DNA of 64,000 bases from the NCBI GenBank assembly GCA_035702665.1, contig DASSQD010000030.1, forward strand, positions 6,036-70,035, written 5' to 3'. A program made the translations under genes and the position numbers. Shown in pieces: positions 52,099-63,198 of this stretch. The DNA comes from Burkholderiales bacterium. Its GTDB lineage: Bacteria > Pseudomonadota > Gammaproteobacteria > Burkholderiales > SG8-39. Below the pieces are notes generated by a model. That model saw only the letters and a program-made list of their open reading frames with translations. It did not search any database and was not told the origin of the DNA. How positions within the stretch are numbered: position 1 is the first letter of the stretch; every line of letters begins with the position of its first letter.

Positions 52099-53064
52099 GT
52101 GAGATCCCTTCTTGCAATGCTCGCATTCGCATTCGCCGCCAACGCCGCGGCGCAGAGCGCCCCGCTCATCCGCCTCGGCCGCGGCTTCGCCGCCGAGGAG
52201 CAGCTGTGGCTGATGAGCGCGCGCCCCGATCTCACCCCCGGTCAGGGCAAGGCCTACCAGCTCAAGCAGATTCTCTTTCAGGCGAACCCCGAGCGCTTCC
52301 AGGCCTTCCTCGCCGGCGAGATCGACGCCGGCACCGCGCCGGGCCTCGCGGTCATCTTCGCGCGCGCCCAGGGGCTCGACATGAAGATCGTCGCCAGCGT
52401 GTCGCTCGAGGCCACAGGAAAGCAGTGGTTCAGCACGACCTACATGGTCAAGGACGACGGGCCGATCAAGACGGTCAAGGACCTGAAGGGCGGGACGATC
52501 GCGATCGTCGGCATCAAGACCGCCACCGACCTGTGGGCGCGCGCCGGCCTGATCAACGCCGGCCTCGTTCCGGACCGCGATACCAAGGTCGTGCCGATGG
52601 GCTTCCCGGCGATCGGCGAGGCGGTGCGCAGCGGGAAGGTGAGCGCCGGAACCTTCGTCGAGCCCTTCTATTCGGCCGAGGTGGCCAAGGGTGGGCTGCG
52701 CAAGCTCTTCACCGCGACCGAGGCGGTGGGCTACGACCACGAGCTGCTCGATATCTGGTTCGGCGAGAAATTCTTGAAAGCCCACCCGGACGCGGTGCGC
52801 GCCTTTCTCGCCGACTACGTCGCGGTCACGAAGTACTACCTCGCCAACATCGAGCAGGCCAAGCGTGACCTCCACAAGGCAGGCTTCGTGCGCACGCCGC
52901 TCGAGATCTATCTGAAGAACGCCGACTGGAAGCGCACGCCGGACGGGCGCGTCGACGTCGAGAGCCTGAGGAAGCTCTCGGCCTTCATGCTCGACAAGCT
53001 CCAGTGGCTCGACAAGCCCGTCAGCGTGGACTCGATGGTCGATCAGAGCTACTTGCCACGCTGA
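52099..53064 (+). CDS. ABC transporter substrate-binding protein (NMT1/SsuA-like)
   Basis: ORF track, GTG start. Signal peptide ...ANAAAQS. Confidence 0.75.
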   Translation: MRSLLAMLAFAFAANAAAQSAPLIRLGRGFAAEEQLWLMSARPDLTPGQGKAYQLKQILFQANPERFQAFLAGEIDAGTAPGLAVIFARAQGLDMKIVASVSLEATGKQWFSTTYMVKDDGPIKTVKDLKGGTIAIVGIKTATDLWARAGLINAGLVPDRDTKVVPMGFPAIGEAVRSGKVSAGTFVEPFYSAEVAKGGLRKLFTATEAVGYDHELLDIWFGEKFLKAHPDAVRAFLADYVAVTKYYLANIEQAKRDLHKAGFVRTPLEIYLKNADWKRTPDGRVDVESLRKLSAFMLDKLQWLDKPVSVDSMVDQSYLPR

Positions 53065-53072
53065 ATCTCAAC

Positions 53073-53103
53073 GTCGGCTTACGGCCAAAAGCCGACTTAT
53101 CTT
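53073..53103 (+). terminator. Probable intrinsic terminator after the binding-protein gene
   Basis: GTCGGCTT-(8 nt)-AAGCCGAC stem (53073-53096) followed by TTATCTT. Confidence 0.45.
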
Positions 53104-53153
53104 GAGGCGCGTCGGCTCCTGCTAGGTATGAGCCGCAGGCTCTCAGACCGGAC

Positions 53154-53420
53154 TTAGCTTGGGCGAGGGCACCTGTCTTGCAGCTGGTTCCACCTTCGCT
53201 CTACCTCCTCGGCACTAAGCCTAGGAAGCGAACAATCCTTTTCTTTCTGTAGAGCCTTGCACATCGCAGCCCAATCCCTATCGTAGTTCAGCCGCGCGTT
53301 GCGTAAGCACCCTTCGTACTTGGCGCGGATATCTGGTAGAAACACGACGTAGTGATAAAAAACGCCGCCTCCCGCTAGGAGCACGCCCACCGCGATTGCA
53401 AATTGTAGAAACTTATTCAT
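53154..53420 (-). CDS. Orphan small membrane-anchored Cys-containing protein in a low-G+C insert
   Basis: ORF track, 88 aa, one N-terminal TM helix. The local sequence is visibly AT-richer than its flanks. No family recognised. Confidence 0.45.
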   Translation of the reverse strand: MNKFLQFAIAVGVLLAGGGVFYHYVVFLPDIRAKYEGCLRNARLNYDRDWAAMCKALQKEKDCSLPRLSAEEVERRWNQLQDRCPRPS

Positions 53421-53480
53421 CGGCTCTCGCTTACTCTACTCCCCCAGCTCGCGCTGGTGTCCGCTTCGGGTCGAAAGCAG

Positions 53481-54244
<764 letters not shown>

Positions 54245-54269
<25 letters not shown>

Positions 54270-54676
54270 CCGTGCCCCGAGAGGTCGAATTTCACCCCGG
54301 CGAGCTGGAGCTTCTTCTCGAAGAAGAGCCGGCCGCCGAGCTTCGAGAGATCGACGGGCGGCGGCGGCTGCGGCGTCGCCCCCGCGTCCCTGGCGCGCGA
54401 CTCGGCGCGCTCCAGATCGTCCACCTGCACGCCGAAATGATCGAGCCCGTAGCCCTCCGGGTACGGATTCGGGGTTTCCTTCGTGCGCTTCCAGCACACG
54501 ATCGCCAGGTTGATGTAGCCGTCGGTGAGGTAGACCTCGCGTGCGAGCTCGCTGTCGCCGCGGCCGATCTCCGCGAGGCCCAGCGCCTTCTTGAAGAGCT
54601 CCGCGGTGACGAAGGGGTCCTCCGCGGTGATCGCTATGTGCCGTATCCTCGACATGGTCTCATCCCGAAAACTCAT
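54245..54676 (-). CDS. VOC (glyoxalase/extradiol-dioxygenase fold) family protein
   Basis: ORF 54245..55162 trimmed to ATG 54676 (ATGA overlap with the upstream stop). ATG 54655 (MSRIRHIAIT) is an equally plausible start. Confidence 0.7.
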
Positions 54677-55788
54677 CCTGAAAAAGCCAGCAGCCGCTCG
54701 AGGTCGGCCTGCGCCTTCGCCGCGTCGCGCCCGTCGCGGCGCACGCGCCGGTTCCGCAGCCAGCAGGCGAGAGCCCCCGAGCGCTGGCCGTCCTCGCCCA
54801 CCTCGCGCGAGATGCGCATCACCGTCTCCACGCGAGCCTTGCGCCGACGAACGTAATTCGCCAGAGCATGATCGATTTCCGCCGCGCCCGCCACCTCCTC
54901 GGCGAGCACGGCGGCGTCCTCCATCGCCATGCCCGCCCCCTGGCCGATGTTGGGCGTCATCGCGTGGACCGCGTCGCCGAGGAGCGCCGCGCGGCCCCGG
55001 GTCCAGCGCTCCGGAGCGAGCTCCTCGATCTCCGTGACGATGATCTCCGCGGCCTCCGGAAGCGCGGCGAGCACGCGCCGCACGGCCGCCGCGCCGAACT
55101 GCGCGAACACGTCTCGCGGATCGGGCAGGGCCGCATCGAGCGGTGAGTTGAACGTGGTCCATACGTACAGGCGGGTTTCGGAGATCGGCACGAGCCCGAT
55201 GCGCGCGCCGCGGCCGAGGTATTCGGTGAAGCAGCGGACGCCGGCGACGTTGTCCATCACGAGGCGATGGGACCGGTAGCCCATGTAGCGCGGAGCGATC
55301 TCGCCGAAGAGCTCGCGCCGGACTTGCGAACGGATGCCGTCGGCGCCCACCACGAGGGCGCCCTCGGGGATCTCGAGGCGCTTCATTCCGACGCCGAAGC
55401 GCACCGTTCCTTCGGGCAGGCTGCGGTAGAGCACGTCGAGCAGATGCGCGCGGTGCACGAGCGCGCCGCGCGCCAGCCTGCCGCCGTCGTAGAGCGGCCG
55501 GTAGTCGCGGGTCGCGAGCAGCCGGCCGTCCCGGTCGCGCGTCTCGCGGGTGAGGTAGGGCCAGGATTCGCGGCGCACGGCTTCGGCCAAGCCGTTCTTC
55601 TCGAGCACCGCCATCGCGTTGGGATTCATGATGATTCCCGCGCCGACCGGGTTGAGCTGCGGCGCGCGCTCCAGCACCGTCGCGGGCAGCCCGCGCAGCG
55701 CGAGCTCTCTCGCGAGCGAGAGACCTCCGATGCCGCCGCCGACGATCAGTGTCGGGATGCGCATAAGGGAGATATTATTTGAAATCAT
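54673..55788 (-). CDS. FAD-dependent aromatic monooxygenase (salicylate/3-hydroxybenzoate hydroxylase-like)
   Basis: LIVGGGIGGLSLARELALRG dinucleotide fold and GDAVHAMTPNIGQGAGMAMED motif. Start is 55788 or 55764. Confidence 0.8.
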   Translation of the reverse strand: MISNNISLMRIPTLIVGGGIGGLSLARELALRGLPATVLERAPQLNPVGAGIIMNPNAMAVLEKNGLAEAVRRESWPYLTRETRDRDGRLLATRDYRPLYDGGRLARGALVHRAHLLDVLYRSLPEGTVRFGVGMKRLEIPEGALVVGADGIRSQVRRELFGEIAPRYMGYRSHRLVMDNVAGVRCFTEYLGRGARIGLVPISETRLYVWTTFNSPLDAALPDPRDVFAQFGAAAVRRVLAALPEAAEIIVTEIEELAPERWTRGRAALLGDAVHAMTPNIGQGAGMAMEDAAVLAEEVAGAAEIDHALANYVRRRKARVETVMRISREVGEDGQRSGALACWLRNRRVRRDGRDAAKAQADLERLLAFSG

Positions 55789-57097
55789 GGGAGCCTTCGA
55801 ACGGCGGAGCCTGACGGCGCTCGTTCAGCCCGACCGCGTGCACCGCTCGGTGTACGCCGACCCGGCGCTGTTCGAGCTGGAGATGGAACGGCTCTTCGGC
55901 CGTGCCTGGCTGGTGCTCGGCCACGAAAGCCAAGTCAGATCCCCGGGCGATTACTTCACCACGCGCATGGGGCGCGAGCCGGTGATCGTCGTGAGGACGG
56001 GCGCGGACGAGATCGCAGTCCTCGTCAACCGCTGCATGCACCGCGGGACGATGGTCTGTCCCGAGGGCCGGGGCAACGCCGAGCGCTTCGTCTGTCCCTA
56101 CCACGGCTGGAGCTACGACCGCGGGGGCATTCTCCAGGCCGTGCCGTTCGCCGACGGCTACGACAAGGCAAAGCTTCCCCGCGGCCTGAAGCCCGTGCCG
56201 CGCGTCGCGGTCTACCGCGGATTCATCTTCGCTTCGCTCGCCGCTTCGGGCGAATCGCTCGAGAGCTTTCTCGGGCCCGCGAAGGCGTCGTTCGACGACT
56301 TCGTCGACCGCGCGCCCGGCGGCGAGCTGGAGGTCGCGGGCGGCGTGTTCAAGCACGCGTACCACGGCAACTGGAAGCTGATGCTGGAGAACCACCTCGA
56401 CGGCGCGCATCCCGCCTGGGTGCATGCCTCGTCGGTGGCAGTCGCGCGCGCGGCGCCGGAGCCCGGCAAGCCCGGGGAAGAGCATTACTTCGACATCGCC
56501 GTGAGGCAGATGCGCCAGAACGGCGCGCCCGACGCCGTGTGGGAAGGCACGGGCATGCGCGCCACGCCGCGCGGGCACGGCATCATGGGCGACTACCACG
56601 ACGACAGCCGCCTCGTCGCCGGCATGGGCAATCCCGCGTTCGACGAGTACCGCAAGGCGCTCGCGGAGAAGGTCGGTCAGAAGGAGGCCGACCGCATCCT
56701 CCGCGTCACGCTGTGGAACACGGTCATCTACCCCAGCTGCTCGTTCATGAGCCAGTTCCGCCAGCTGCGCATCCTGCAGCCGCTCGCCGTCGACCGCACC
56801 GCGGTCCACACCTATTCCTTCCGCATGCCGCAGGCGCCGGCGCGCATGTTCCGCGACACCATCGCGTTCTCCAACGTCGTGAACGGCACCGGCTCGTGGG
56901 TGCTGACCGACGACCTCGAGGTCTACGAGCGCATCCAGCGCGGCTTCGCGAGCGGCGCGGTGGAGTGGGCGCAGATCGGACGCGGACTCGGAGGCGACGC
57001 CGCCGAGCCCGGCGGCGCATCGCGCGGCGCCACCGGCACGAGCGAGGTCTACATCCGCGCGCAGATGCGCGCCTGGCTGGACTACATGGCCGAATGA
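55787..57097 (+). CDS. Rieske non-heme iron ring-hydroxylating oxygenase, alpha subunit
   Basis: ORF 55619..57097 trimmed to ATG 55787. Rieske CMHRG...CPYHGW. Mononuclear iron site NHLDGAHPAWVH. Confidence 0.85.
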   Translation: MGAFERRSLTALVQPDRVHRSVYADPALFELEMERLFGRAWLVLGHESQVRSPGDYFTTRMGREPVIVVRTGADEIAVLVNRCMHRGTMVCPEGRGNAERFVCPYHGWSYDRGGILQAVPFADGYDKAKLPRGLKPVPRVAVYRGFIFASLAASGESLESFLGPAKASFDDFVDRAPGGELEVAGGVFKHAYHGNWKLMLENHLDGAHPAWVHASSVAVARAAPEPGKPGEEHYFDIAVRQMRQNGAPDAVWEGTGMRATPRGHGIMGDYHDDSRLVAGMGNPAFDEYRKALAEKVGQKEADRILRVTLWNTVIYPSCSFMSQFRQLRILQPLAVDRTAVHTYSFRMPQAPARMFRDTIAFSNVVNGTGSWVLTDDLEVYERIQRGFASGAVEWAQIGRGLGGDAAEPGGASRGATGTSEVYIRAQMRAWLDYMAE

Positions 57098-57552
57098 CGC
57101 TCGAGGAGTTCCTGTACCGCGAGGCGAGGCTGCTCGACACGCAGCAGCTCGAGGCCTGGCTGGACCTCTTCACCGACGACGCGACCTACTGGGTGCCCTT
57201 GGAGCGCGCGCAGCGGGAAGCGCTCGAGACCAGCTCGATCATCCACGACGACCGCACGCTGCTCGAGCTGCGCGTGAAGCAGGCGCGCCACCCGCGCGCG
57301 CACGCGCGCGCGCCGCTCGCGCGCACCGTGCACCAGGTCGGCAACGTGATGGTGCTCTCCGAGGAGAACGGGGAGATCCGGGTCGCGTCGACGCTGACGC
57401 TGGTCGAGTTCCGGGCCGAGCGCCAGCGGGTCTGGGGCGCGCTGGTCGAGCACCGGCTGCGGCGCGAGGGCGAGAGCTTCCGCATCGCGCACAAACGCGT
57501 CGAGCTGGTCAATTCCGAGGGCGAGATCGACGGGGTCGCGATTCTCTTTTGA
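57094..57552 (+). CDS. Ring-hydroxylating dioxygenase beta subunit (SnoaL-like fold)
   Basis: ATG 57094 overlaps the alpha-subunit stop (ATGA). 152 aa. Confidence 0.8.
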   Translation: MTLEEFLYREARLLDTQQLEAWLDLFTDDATYWVPLERAQREALETSSIIHDDRTLLELRVKQARHPRAHARAPLARTVHQVGNVMVLSEENGEIRVASTLTLVEFRAERQRVWGALVEHRLRREGESFRIAHKRVELVNSEGEIDGVAILF

Positions 57553-58340
57553 AGGTCTTCCGCGACTACACTCAAGGCGAGCTCGACCGGCAGTACGAGC
57601 AGCGCAGCTTCGCACCCAACGCCGACGAGATCATCAAGCGGTACGGCGCGGCGAGCGATGCGGTGAGGGCGAGGTTCGGCGAGCCCGAGACGCTGGCGTA
57701 CGGACCGAGCGCCGTGGAGGTTCTCGATGTCTATGGTGGACGCCGTGATCGCATCGTCGCCTTCGTGCACGGCGGCGCCTGGGCGCGCATGGGCAAGCGC
57801 CCCAGCGCCTTCGCTGCGGGGACCTTCCTCGGCGCCGGCGCGACTTACGTGGCGCTCGGCTTCGGCCTGCTTCCCTCGATCACGCTGCCCGAAATGGTGG
57901 ACCAGGTCTGTCGCGCGCTCGAATTCCTTCGCGAAAAACTCAAGCCAAAGAGCCTCGTGCTGATCGGACATTCCTCCGGCGCGCACCTGTCCGCGTGCGC
58001 TTTGACGAGGGTGTCGTTCCTAGACGCGGCGTTGCTCATCTCCGGTGTGTACGACCTCGAGCCGGTGCGGCTATCCTCCCGGAATGCCTACGTGAGGCTC
58101 GACGAGCGGCTGGAGCGCGAATACTCGCCGATCCGCCACGCTTCGCGCATCGTCTGCCCCGTCACCGTGGCCTGCGGCGGGAAGGAGGGCCCCGAGTTCT
58201 TCCGCCAGTCGAAGGAGCTTGCCGAGAAGCTGCCGACGCCGCTGCTCGTCGGCGAGGGCCTCAACCACTTCGAGATGGTCGAGACGCTGGCCGACGGAGG
58301 CTCGGCGCTCGGCCGCAAGGCGCTCGAACTGCTCACCTAG
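57549..58340 (+). CDS. Alpha/beta hydrolase (arylformamidase/esterase-like)
   Basis: TTG 57549 overlaps the previous stop (TTGA). HGGAW oxyanion motif and GHSSGAH nucleophile elbow. Confidence 0.7.
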   Translation: MKVFRDYTQGELDRQYEQRSFAPNADEIIKRYGAASDAVRARFGEPETLAYGPSAVEVLDVYGGRRDRIVAFVHGGAWARMGKRPSAFAAGTFLGAGATYVALGFGLLPSITLPEMVDQVCRALEFLREKLKPKSLVLIGHSSGAHLSACALTRVSFLDAALLISGVYDLEPVRLSSRNAYVRLDERLEREYSPIRHASRIVCPVTVACGGKEGPEFFRQSKELAEKLPTPLLVGEGLNHFEMVETLADGGSALGRKALELLT

Positions 58341-60706
58341 GCGGCCTTCTTTCCGGGACCGTCGCTTTTCTCGTCACCGAGCGCGGGCTCGTCCTTCGCC
58401 TCGTGGCTCGGCGGCCGCGTGGCGATTCGGCCGGCCGTCCATTCGGCGCGTTCGGTCGTCGCGAGGCGGTACGCCTGGTCGCGGCCCGGCCAGTAGGGCC
58501 GGGGCCAGAACTGGCCGGTGTGCTGGTACCACGCGGCCGCGTGCAGCGTGAAATAGGGATCGGACAGGTGCGTGCGCGCGAGCGCGACGAGGTCGGCGCG
58601 GCCCGACACGACGATGGTGTTCACCTGGTCGGCGCTGGTGATGTTGCCCACCGCCATGGTCGCGAGGCCGAGCTCGTTCCTGATCTTGTCGGCGTAGGGC
58701 GTCTGGTACATGCGCCCGTAGATCGGCTTCTGGTTCGGCACCACCTGCCCGGTCGAGACGTCGATCAGATCGACGCCGGCGTCCTTGAAAGCGCGCGCCA
58801 GGGCGAGCAGGTCTGCCTCCGACAGGCCGCCCGGCGCCCAGTCGGTCGCCGAGATGCGGATCGACATCGGCTTCTCCTCCGGCCAGACCGCGCGCACCGC
58901 GCGGAACAGCTCGAGCGGCCACCGCAGGCGGTTCGCGATCGGCCCGCCGTATTCGTCCTCGCGCCGGTTCGTGAGCGGCGAGATGAACGACGAGAGCAGG
59001 TAGCCGTGCGCCATGTGCAGCTCGAGCATGTCGAACCCCGCCTGGTCGGCGTACCTCGCCGAGCGGACGAAGTCCTCGCCGATCCTGTCCATGTCGGCGC
59101 GCGCCATCTCGCGCGGCGCCTGCGATTGCGGTCCGTAGGGCAGGGGCGAGGGCGCGACGAGCGGCCAGTTGCCCGAATCGAGCGGGTGGTCGGAGCGCTC
59201 CCAGCCGAGCTGGGTCGAGCCCTTGCGCCCCGAGTGGCCGAGCTGCATGCACAGCTTCGCCGCCGACTGCGCGTGGCAGAAATCGACGATGCGCCGGAAC
59301 GCGTCGCGCTGGGTCTCGTTCCACAGCCCCGTGCATCCGGGCGAGATGCGCGCCTCGGGCGAAGTGCAGGTCATCTCGACGAACACCAGGCCCGCGCCGC
59401 CGACCGCGCGGCTGCCCAGATGCACCAGGTGCCAGTCGTTCGGCACGCCGTCGGCCGCCATGTACTGGTCCATGGGCGACACCACCACGCGATTCTCGAC
59501 GCGCATGCCGCGCAGGGTGAACGGCGTGAACATCGGCGGCGGCGGGTTGCGCACCGCCACCTCGAACCCCGGCGGGATGAACTTGTCCGCGAACCAGCGC
59601 GAGACGGTCTCGAGGAACCTCGGGTCGCGCAGGCGCACGTTCTCGTAGGTGATCTGCTTGGAGCGCGACATGAGCCCGAAGGCGAACTGCGGCGGGTCCA
59701 TGTTCCAGTAGCGGCGCATGTTCTCGAACCAGGCGAGCGACACGTCGGCGGCGTGCTGCGTGCGCTCGACGCCCTCGCGGCGCTGCGAGTCGTAGCGCGC
59801 CAGCGCCGCCTTGACGCCGCCCTCGCTGCGCAGCGACTCGTACAGCGCGATCGCGTCCTCCATCGCGAGCTTGGTGCCCGAGCCGATGGAGAAATGCGCG
59901 GTCGCCTTGGCGTCGCCCACCAGCACCACCTTGTCCATCACCCAGGTGGCGTTGCGGATGTTCGGGAAGTTGCGCCACTGCGAGCGGTTGGCGACGAGCT
60001 TGTGGCCCGCCAGCTCCTCGGCGAACAGCCCTTCGAGCGCGCGCAGCGTCTGGGGCTCGTCCATCTTGCCGAAGCCCGAGCGCTCCCAGGTGTCGGCGTT
60101 GGTCTCGATGATCCAGGTGCTCGCGCCCTTCTCGTACTGGTAGGTGTGCGCGAGCAGGATGCCGTGCTCGCTCTCCTTGAAGAAGTACTTGAAGGCGTCG
60201 AGCGGGCGGGCCGACCCCAGCCAGACGAACTTGTTCGGCCGCAGGTCGACCGAGGGCTTGAAGTGGTCGCGGTAGGTCTCGCGCGTGCGCGAGTTGATGC
60301 CGTCCGCGGCGACCACGAGGTCGCTGTCCCTGAAATCCGCGACGGACACCTCGCTCTGGAAGCGCATCGCGACGCCGAGCTCCCGGCAGCGCTGCTGCAG
60401 GAGCTTCAGCAGCGTCACGCGCGAGCAGCCGCAGAAGCCGTTGCCCGCGCAGCGCAGCGCGTGCCCCTTGTAGACGACCTCGACGTCGTCCCAGTAGGCG
60501 AAGCTCCGCCGGATCGATTCGTACGAGGGCGCGTCGTAGTCCTGGAAGGTCCCGAGCGTCGCGTCGGAGAACACGACGCCGAAGCCGAAGGTGTCGTCGG
60601 CGCGGTTGCGCTCGTGCAGCTCGACGTCCCAGCGCGGCCAGCGCTTCTTCGCGAGCAGCGCGAAGTACAGCCCGCCCGGTCCGCCGCCGACGATGCTGAT
60701 CTTCAC
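58337..60706 (-). CDS. Bifunctional aryl-CoA hydroxylase (FAD monooxygenase) / old-yellow-enzyme reductase (salicylyl-CoA 5-hydroxylase or 2-aminobenzoyl-CoA monooxygenase/reductase type)
   Basis: 789 aa, GTG start. N-terminal IVGGGPGGLYFA FAD domain. C-terminal OYE/NADH:flavin oxidoreductase domain (FDMLELHMAHGYLLSSFISPLTN). Confidence 0.85.
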   Translation of the reverse strand: MKISIVGGGPGGLYFALLAKKRWPRWDVELHERNRADDTFGFGVVFSDATLGTFQDYDAPSYESIRRSFAYWDDVEVVYKGHALRCAGNGFCGCSRVTLLKLLQQRCRELGVAMRFQSEVSVADFRDSDLVVAADGINSRTRETYRDHFKPSVDLRPNKFVWLGSARPLDAFKYFFKESEHGILLAHTYQYEKGASTWIIETNADTWERSGFGKMDEPQTLRALEGLFAEELAGHKLVANRSQWRNFPNIRNATWVMDKVVLVGDAKATAHFSIGSGTKLAMEDAIALYESLRSEGGVKAALARYDSQRREGVERTQHAADVSLAWFENMRRYWNMDPPQFAFGLMSRSKQITYENVRLRDPRFLETVSRWFADKFIPPGFEVAVRNPPPPMFTPFTLRGMRVENRVVVSPMDQYMAADGVPNDWHLVHLGSRAVGGAGLVFVEMTCTSPEARISPGCTGLWNETQRDAFRRIVDFCHAQSAAKLCMQLGHSGRKGSTQLGWERSDHPLDSGNWPLVAPSPLPYGPQSQAPREMARADMDRIGEDFVRSARYADQAGFDMLELHMAHGYLLSSFISPLTNRREDEYGGPIANRLRWPLELFRAVRAVWPEEKPMSIRISATDWAPGGLSEADLLALARAFKDAGVDLIDVSTGQVVPNQKPIYGRMYQTPYADKIRNELGLATMAVGNITSADQVNTIVVSGRADLVALARTHLSDPYFTLHAAAWYQHTGQFWPRPYWPGRDQAYRLATTERAEWTAGRIATRPPSHEAKDEPALGDEKSDGPGKKAA

Positions 60707-60716
60707 CGGCCCCGCC

Positions 60717-61109
60717 TCAGTCGGGAATCACCGCGGTCGCCTCGATCTCGAGGCGCGCCCGGGATTCGACCAGCGCGCCCACCTGCACCACGCTCATCGT
60801 CGGGTAGTGCCTGCCCATCAGCTCGCGGTAGGCCTCGCCGACCGCCTTGAGCGAGGCGAGATATTCGTCGCGGTCGACCACGTACCAGGTGAGCCGCACG
60901 AGGTGCTCGGGCTTGCCTTTCGCCTGGGCGAGCGCTTCGAGAACGTTCTTCAGAGCCTGGCGGAACTGGCCGGCGAAGTCCTTCGCCTCCCAGGCGCCGT
61001 CCTTCCATCCGACCTGGCCGGCGATGTAGACGGTGGTGCCGCCCTTCACGGCGATGGCGTTGGAATAGCCGCGCGGCTTCGACCACGACGGCGGTTGCAG
61101 GATGTTCAC
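60717..61109 (-). CDS. RidA/YjgF family protein
   Basis: GTG 61109 overlaps the upstream stop (GTGA). 130 aa. [11 protein letters not shown]...RLEIEATAV. Confidence 0.8.
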   Translation of the reverse strand: MNILQPPSWSKPRGYSNAIAVKGGTTVYIAGQVGWKDGAWEAKDFAGQFRQALKNVLEALAQAKGKPEHLVRLTWYVVDRDEYLASLKAVGEAYRELMGRHYPTMSVVQVGALVESRARLEIEATAVIPD

Positions 61110-62254
61110 GATGGCTCCTTGAGCAGTTCGCGCGCGATGATCAGCTTCTGCACCTCGGTCGCGCCCTCGTAGATGCGCAGCGCGCGCACTTCCCGGTAGA
61201 GGCGCTCCACCGGGTGGCCGCGCTTCACGCCGAGGCCGCCGCAGATCTGCACCGCGGCGTCGACCACGCCTTGCGCGGTCTCGGTCGCGTGCATCTTGGC
61301 CATCGCCGCCTCGCGGGTCACGCGCCGCTCCTTCACGTCGCGCGTCCACGCGGCGCGGTAGGCGAGGAGGGCGGCGGCCTCGATCCCGGTCGCCATGTCG
61401 GCGAGCTTGCCCTGGGTCGTCTGGAAGTCGGCGAGCGGCTGGCCGAACATCTTCCGCTCCCTCGCGCGCGACAGCGCCTCGGCGAGCGCGCGCCGCGCGA
61501 AGCCCAGCGCCGCGGCCGCGACGCCGGTGCGGAAGATGTCGAGCGTTCGCATCGCGAGCTTGAATCCCTCGCCCTCCCCGCCCAGCAGGTTCGCCGCCGG
61601 CACGCGGCAGCCGGAGAAGCGCAGGCTCGCCATCGGATGCGGCGCGACGATCTCGATGCGCTCGGCGATCGAGAGCCCGGGCGCGTCGGCGTCGACGACG
61701 AAGGCCGAGATGCCCTTCGTTCCGGGGTCGCTCCCGGTGCGCGCGAACACGACGTAGAAATCCGCGATGCCGCCGTTCGAGATCCAGGTCTTGGCGCCGT
61801 CGAGCACGTAGTGCGCGCCGTCGCGCCTCGCGCGCGTCGACAGCGCGGCGGCGTCCGACCCCGCGTCGGGCTCGGACAGGGCGAAGGCCGCGATCGCCTC
61901 TCCCTTCGCCGCGCGCGCCACGTAGCGGCGCTTCTGCGACTCGCTCCCGGCGAGCGCGACCGGTCCGCTGCCCAGGCCCTGCATGGTGAGCGCGAAATCG
62001 GCGAGGCCCGAGTGGAAGGCGAACACCTCGCGGAGGAGCGCGAGCGAGCGCACGTCGAAGCGCGAGTCCTCGGGCGCGCAGTGCGCGAGGAAGCCCGCGG
62101 CGCCGAGGTCCGTCACCAGGCGCCGGCACACCGCGTCTTCATCGCCGTCGTGCGCGTAGGCGAGATGCGCGGCGGCCCATTCCTCCGCCTTGCGCGCGAG
62201 CGCGGCGTGCCGCGGCTCGAAAAACGGCCACTCGAGGTGCGCGAAGCGGTCCAT
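61106..62254 (-). CDS. Acyl-CoA dehydrogenase
   Basis: ORF 61106..63166 trimmed to ATG 62254. [28 protein letters not shown]. Confidence 0.85.
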   Translation of the reverse strand: MDRFAHLEWPFFEPRHAALARKAEEWAAAHLAYAHDGDEDAVCRRLVTDLGAAGFLAHCAPEDSRFDVRSLALLREVFAFHSGLADFALTMQGLGSGPVALAGSESQKRRYVARAAKGEAIAAFALSEPDAGSDAAALSTRARRDGAHYVLDGAKTWISNGGIADFYVVFARTGSDPGTKGISAFVVDADAPGLSIAERIEIVAPHPMASLRFSGCRVPAANLLGGEGEGFKLAMRTLDIFRTGVAAAALGFARRALAEALSRARERKMFGQPLADFQTTQGKLADMATGIEAAALLAYRAAWTRDVKERRVTREAAMAKMHATETAQGVVDAAVQICGGLGVKRGHPVERLYREVRALRIYEGATEVQKLIIARELLKEPS

Positions 62255-62262
62255 GCGAGGCG

Positions 62263-63081
62263 CTAATCTCCCTCGAAAACCGGCTTCTTCTTCGCCGCGA
62301 ACGCCTCGTAGGCGCGGTGGAAGTCCTTCGTCCGCATGCAGTGCGCCTGCGCCTCGGCCTCCATGTCGACCGCGCGGTCGAGGTCGACCGCCCATTCCTC
62401 GTGGAGCATCTTCTTGGTCATCGCGTGCGCGAGGGTCGGCCCGGAGGCGAGCTGCTGCGCCGCGCCGAGCGCCTGTGCCAGCACCCGGTCGGGCTCGGCG
62501 AGCGCGTTGAAGAAGCCCCACGCGAGGCCTTCCTCTCCCGACATCGCCCTCCCCGTATACAGGAGCTCGGCCGCGCGCCCCTGGCCGATCACGCGCGGCA
62601 ACATGGCGCAGGCGCCCATGTCGCAGCCGGCGAGGCCGACGCGCGTGAACAGGAACGCGACCTTCGCTCCGCGCGTGCCGTAGCGCAGGTCGGAGAAGAG
62701 CGCGAGGATCGCGCCGGCCCCGGCGCACACGCCGTCGACCGCGGCGACGACCGGCTGCGGGCAGGCGCGCATCGCCTTGACGAGGTCGCCGGTCATGCGC
62801 GTGAACTCGAGCAGCTGCGCAGGCTTCATCCGGGTCAGCGGCCCGATGATCTCGTGCACGTCGCCGCCGGAGCAGAAATTGCCGCCCGCGCCGGTGATGA
62901 CCACGGCCCGGACGTCGCGCGCGGCGGCCAGGGCGCGGAACAGGTCGCGCAGCTCGGCGTACGAATCGAAGGTGAGCGGATTCTTCTTCTCCGGCCGGTC
63001 GAGCGTGATCAGGCCGACCCGCTCCTCGGCGCGCCAGCGGAAGTGCGCGGGCCGGTAGCCGGCCAGATCGGCTTTGCTCAT
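62263..63081 (-). CDS. Enoyl-CoA hydratase/isomerase (crotonase) family protein
   Basis: ORF track, 272 aa. [15 protein letters not shown] oxyanion-hole motif. Confidence 0.85.
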   Translation of the reverse strand: MSKADLAGYRPAHFRWRAEERVGLITLDRPEKKNPLTFDSYAELRDLFRALAAARDVRAVVITGAGGNFCSGGDVHEIIGPLTRMKPAQLLEFTRMTGDLVKAMRACPQPVVAAVDGVCAGAGAILALFSDLRYGTRGAKVAFLFTRVGLAGCDMGACAMLPRVIGQGRAAELLYTGRAMSGEEGLAWGFFNALAEPDRVLAQALGAAQQLASGPTLAHAMTKKMLHEEWAVDLDRAVDMEAEAQAHCMRTKDFHRAYEAFAAKKKPVFEGD

Positions 63082-63198
63082 CGCGTCCCCTTTCCTCGTG
63101 GAGCGTAGGCTTCCGTACCGGCATTATCCACTGCCCGCGCCGGCTTGACTTCTCCTTTCCGCGCACATAAGGTCTGCCTTTCCGCCGGAGGGGAAATC

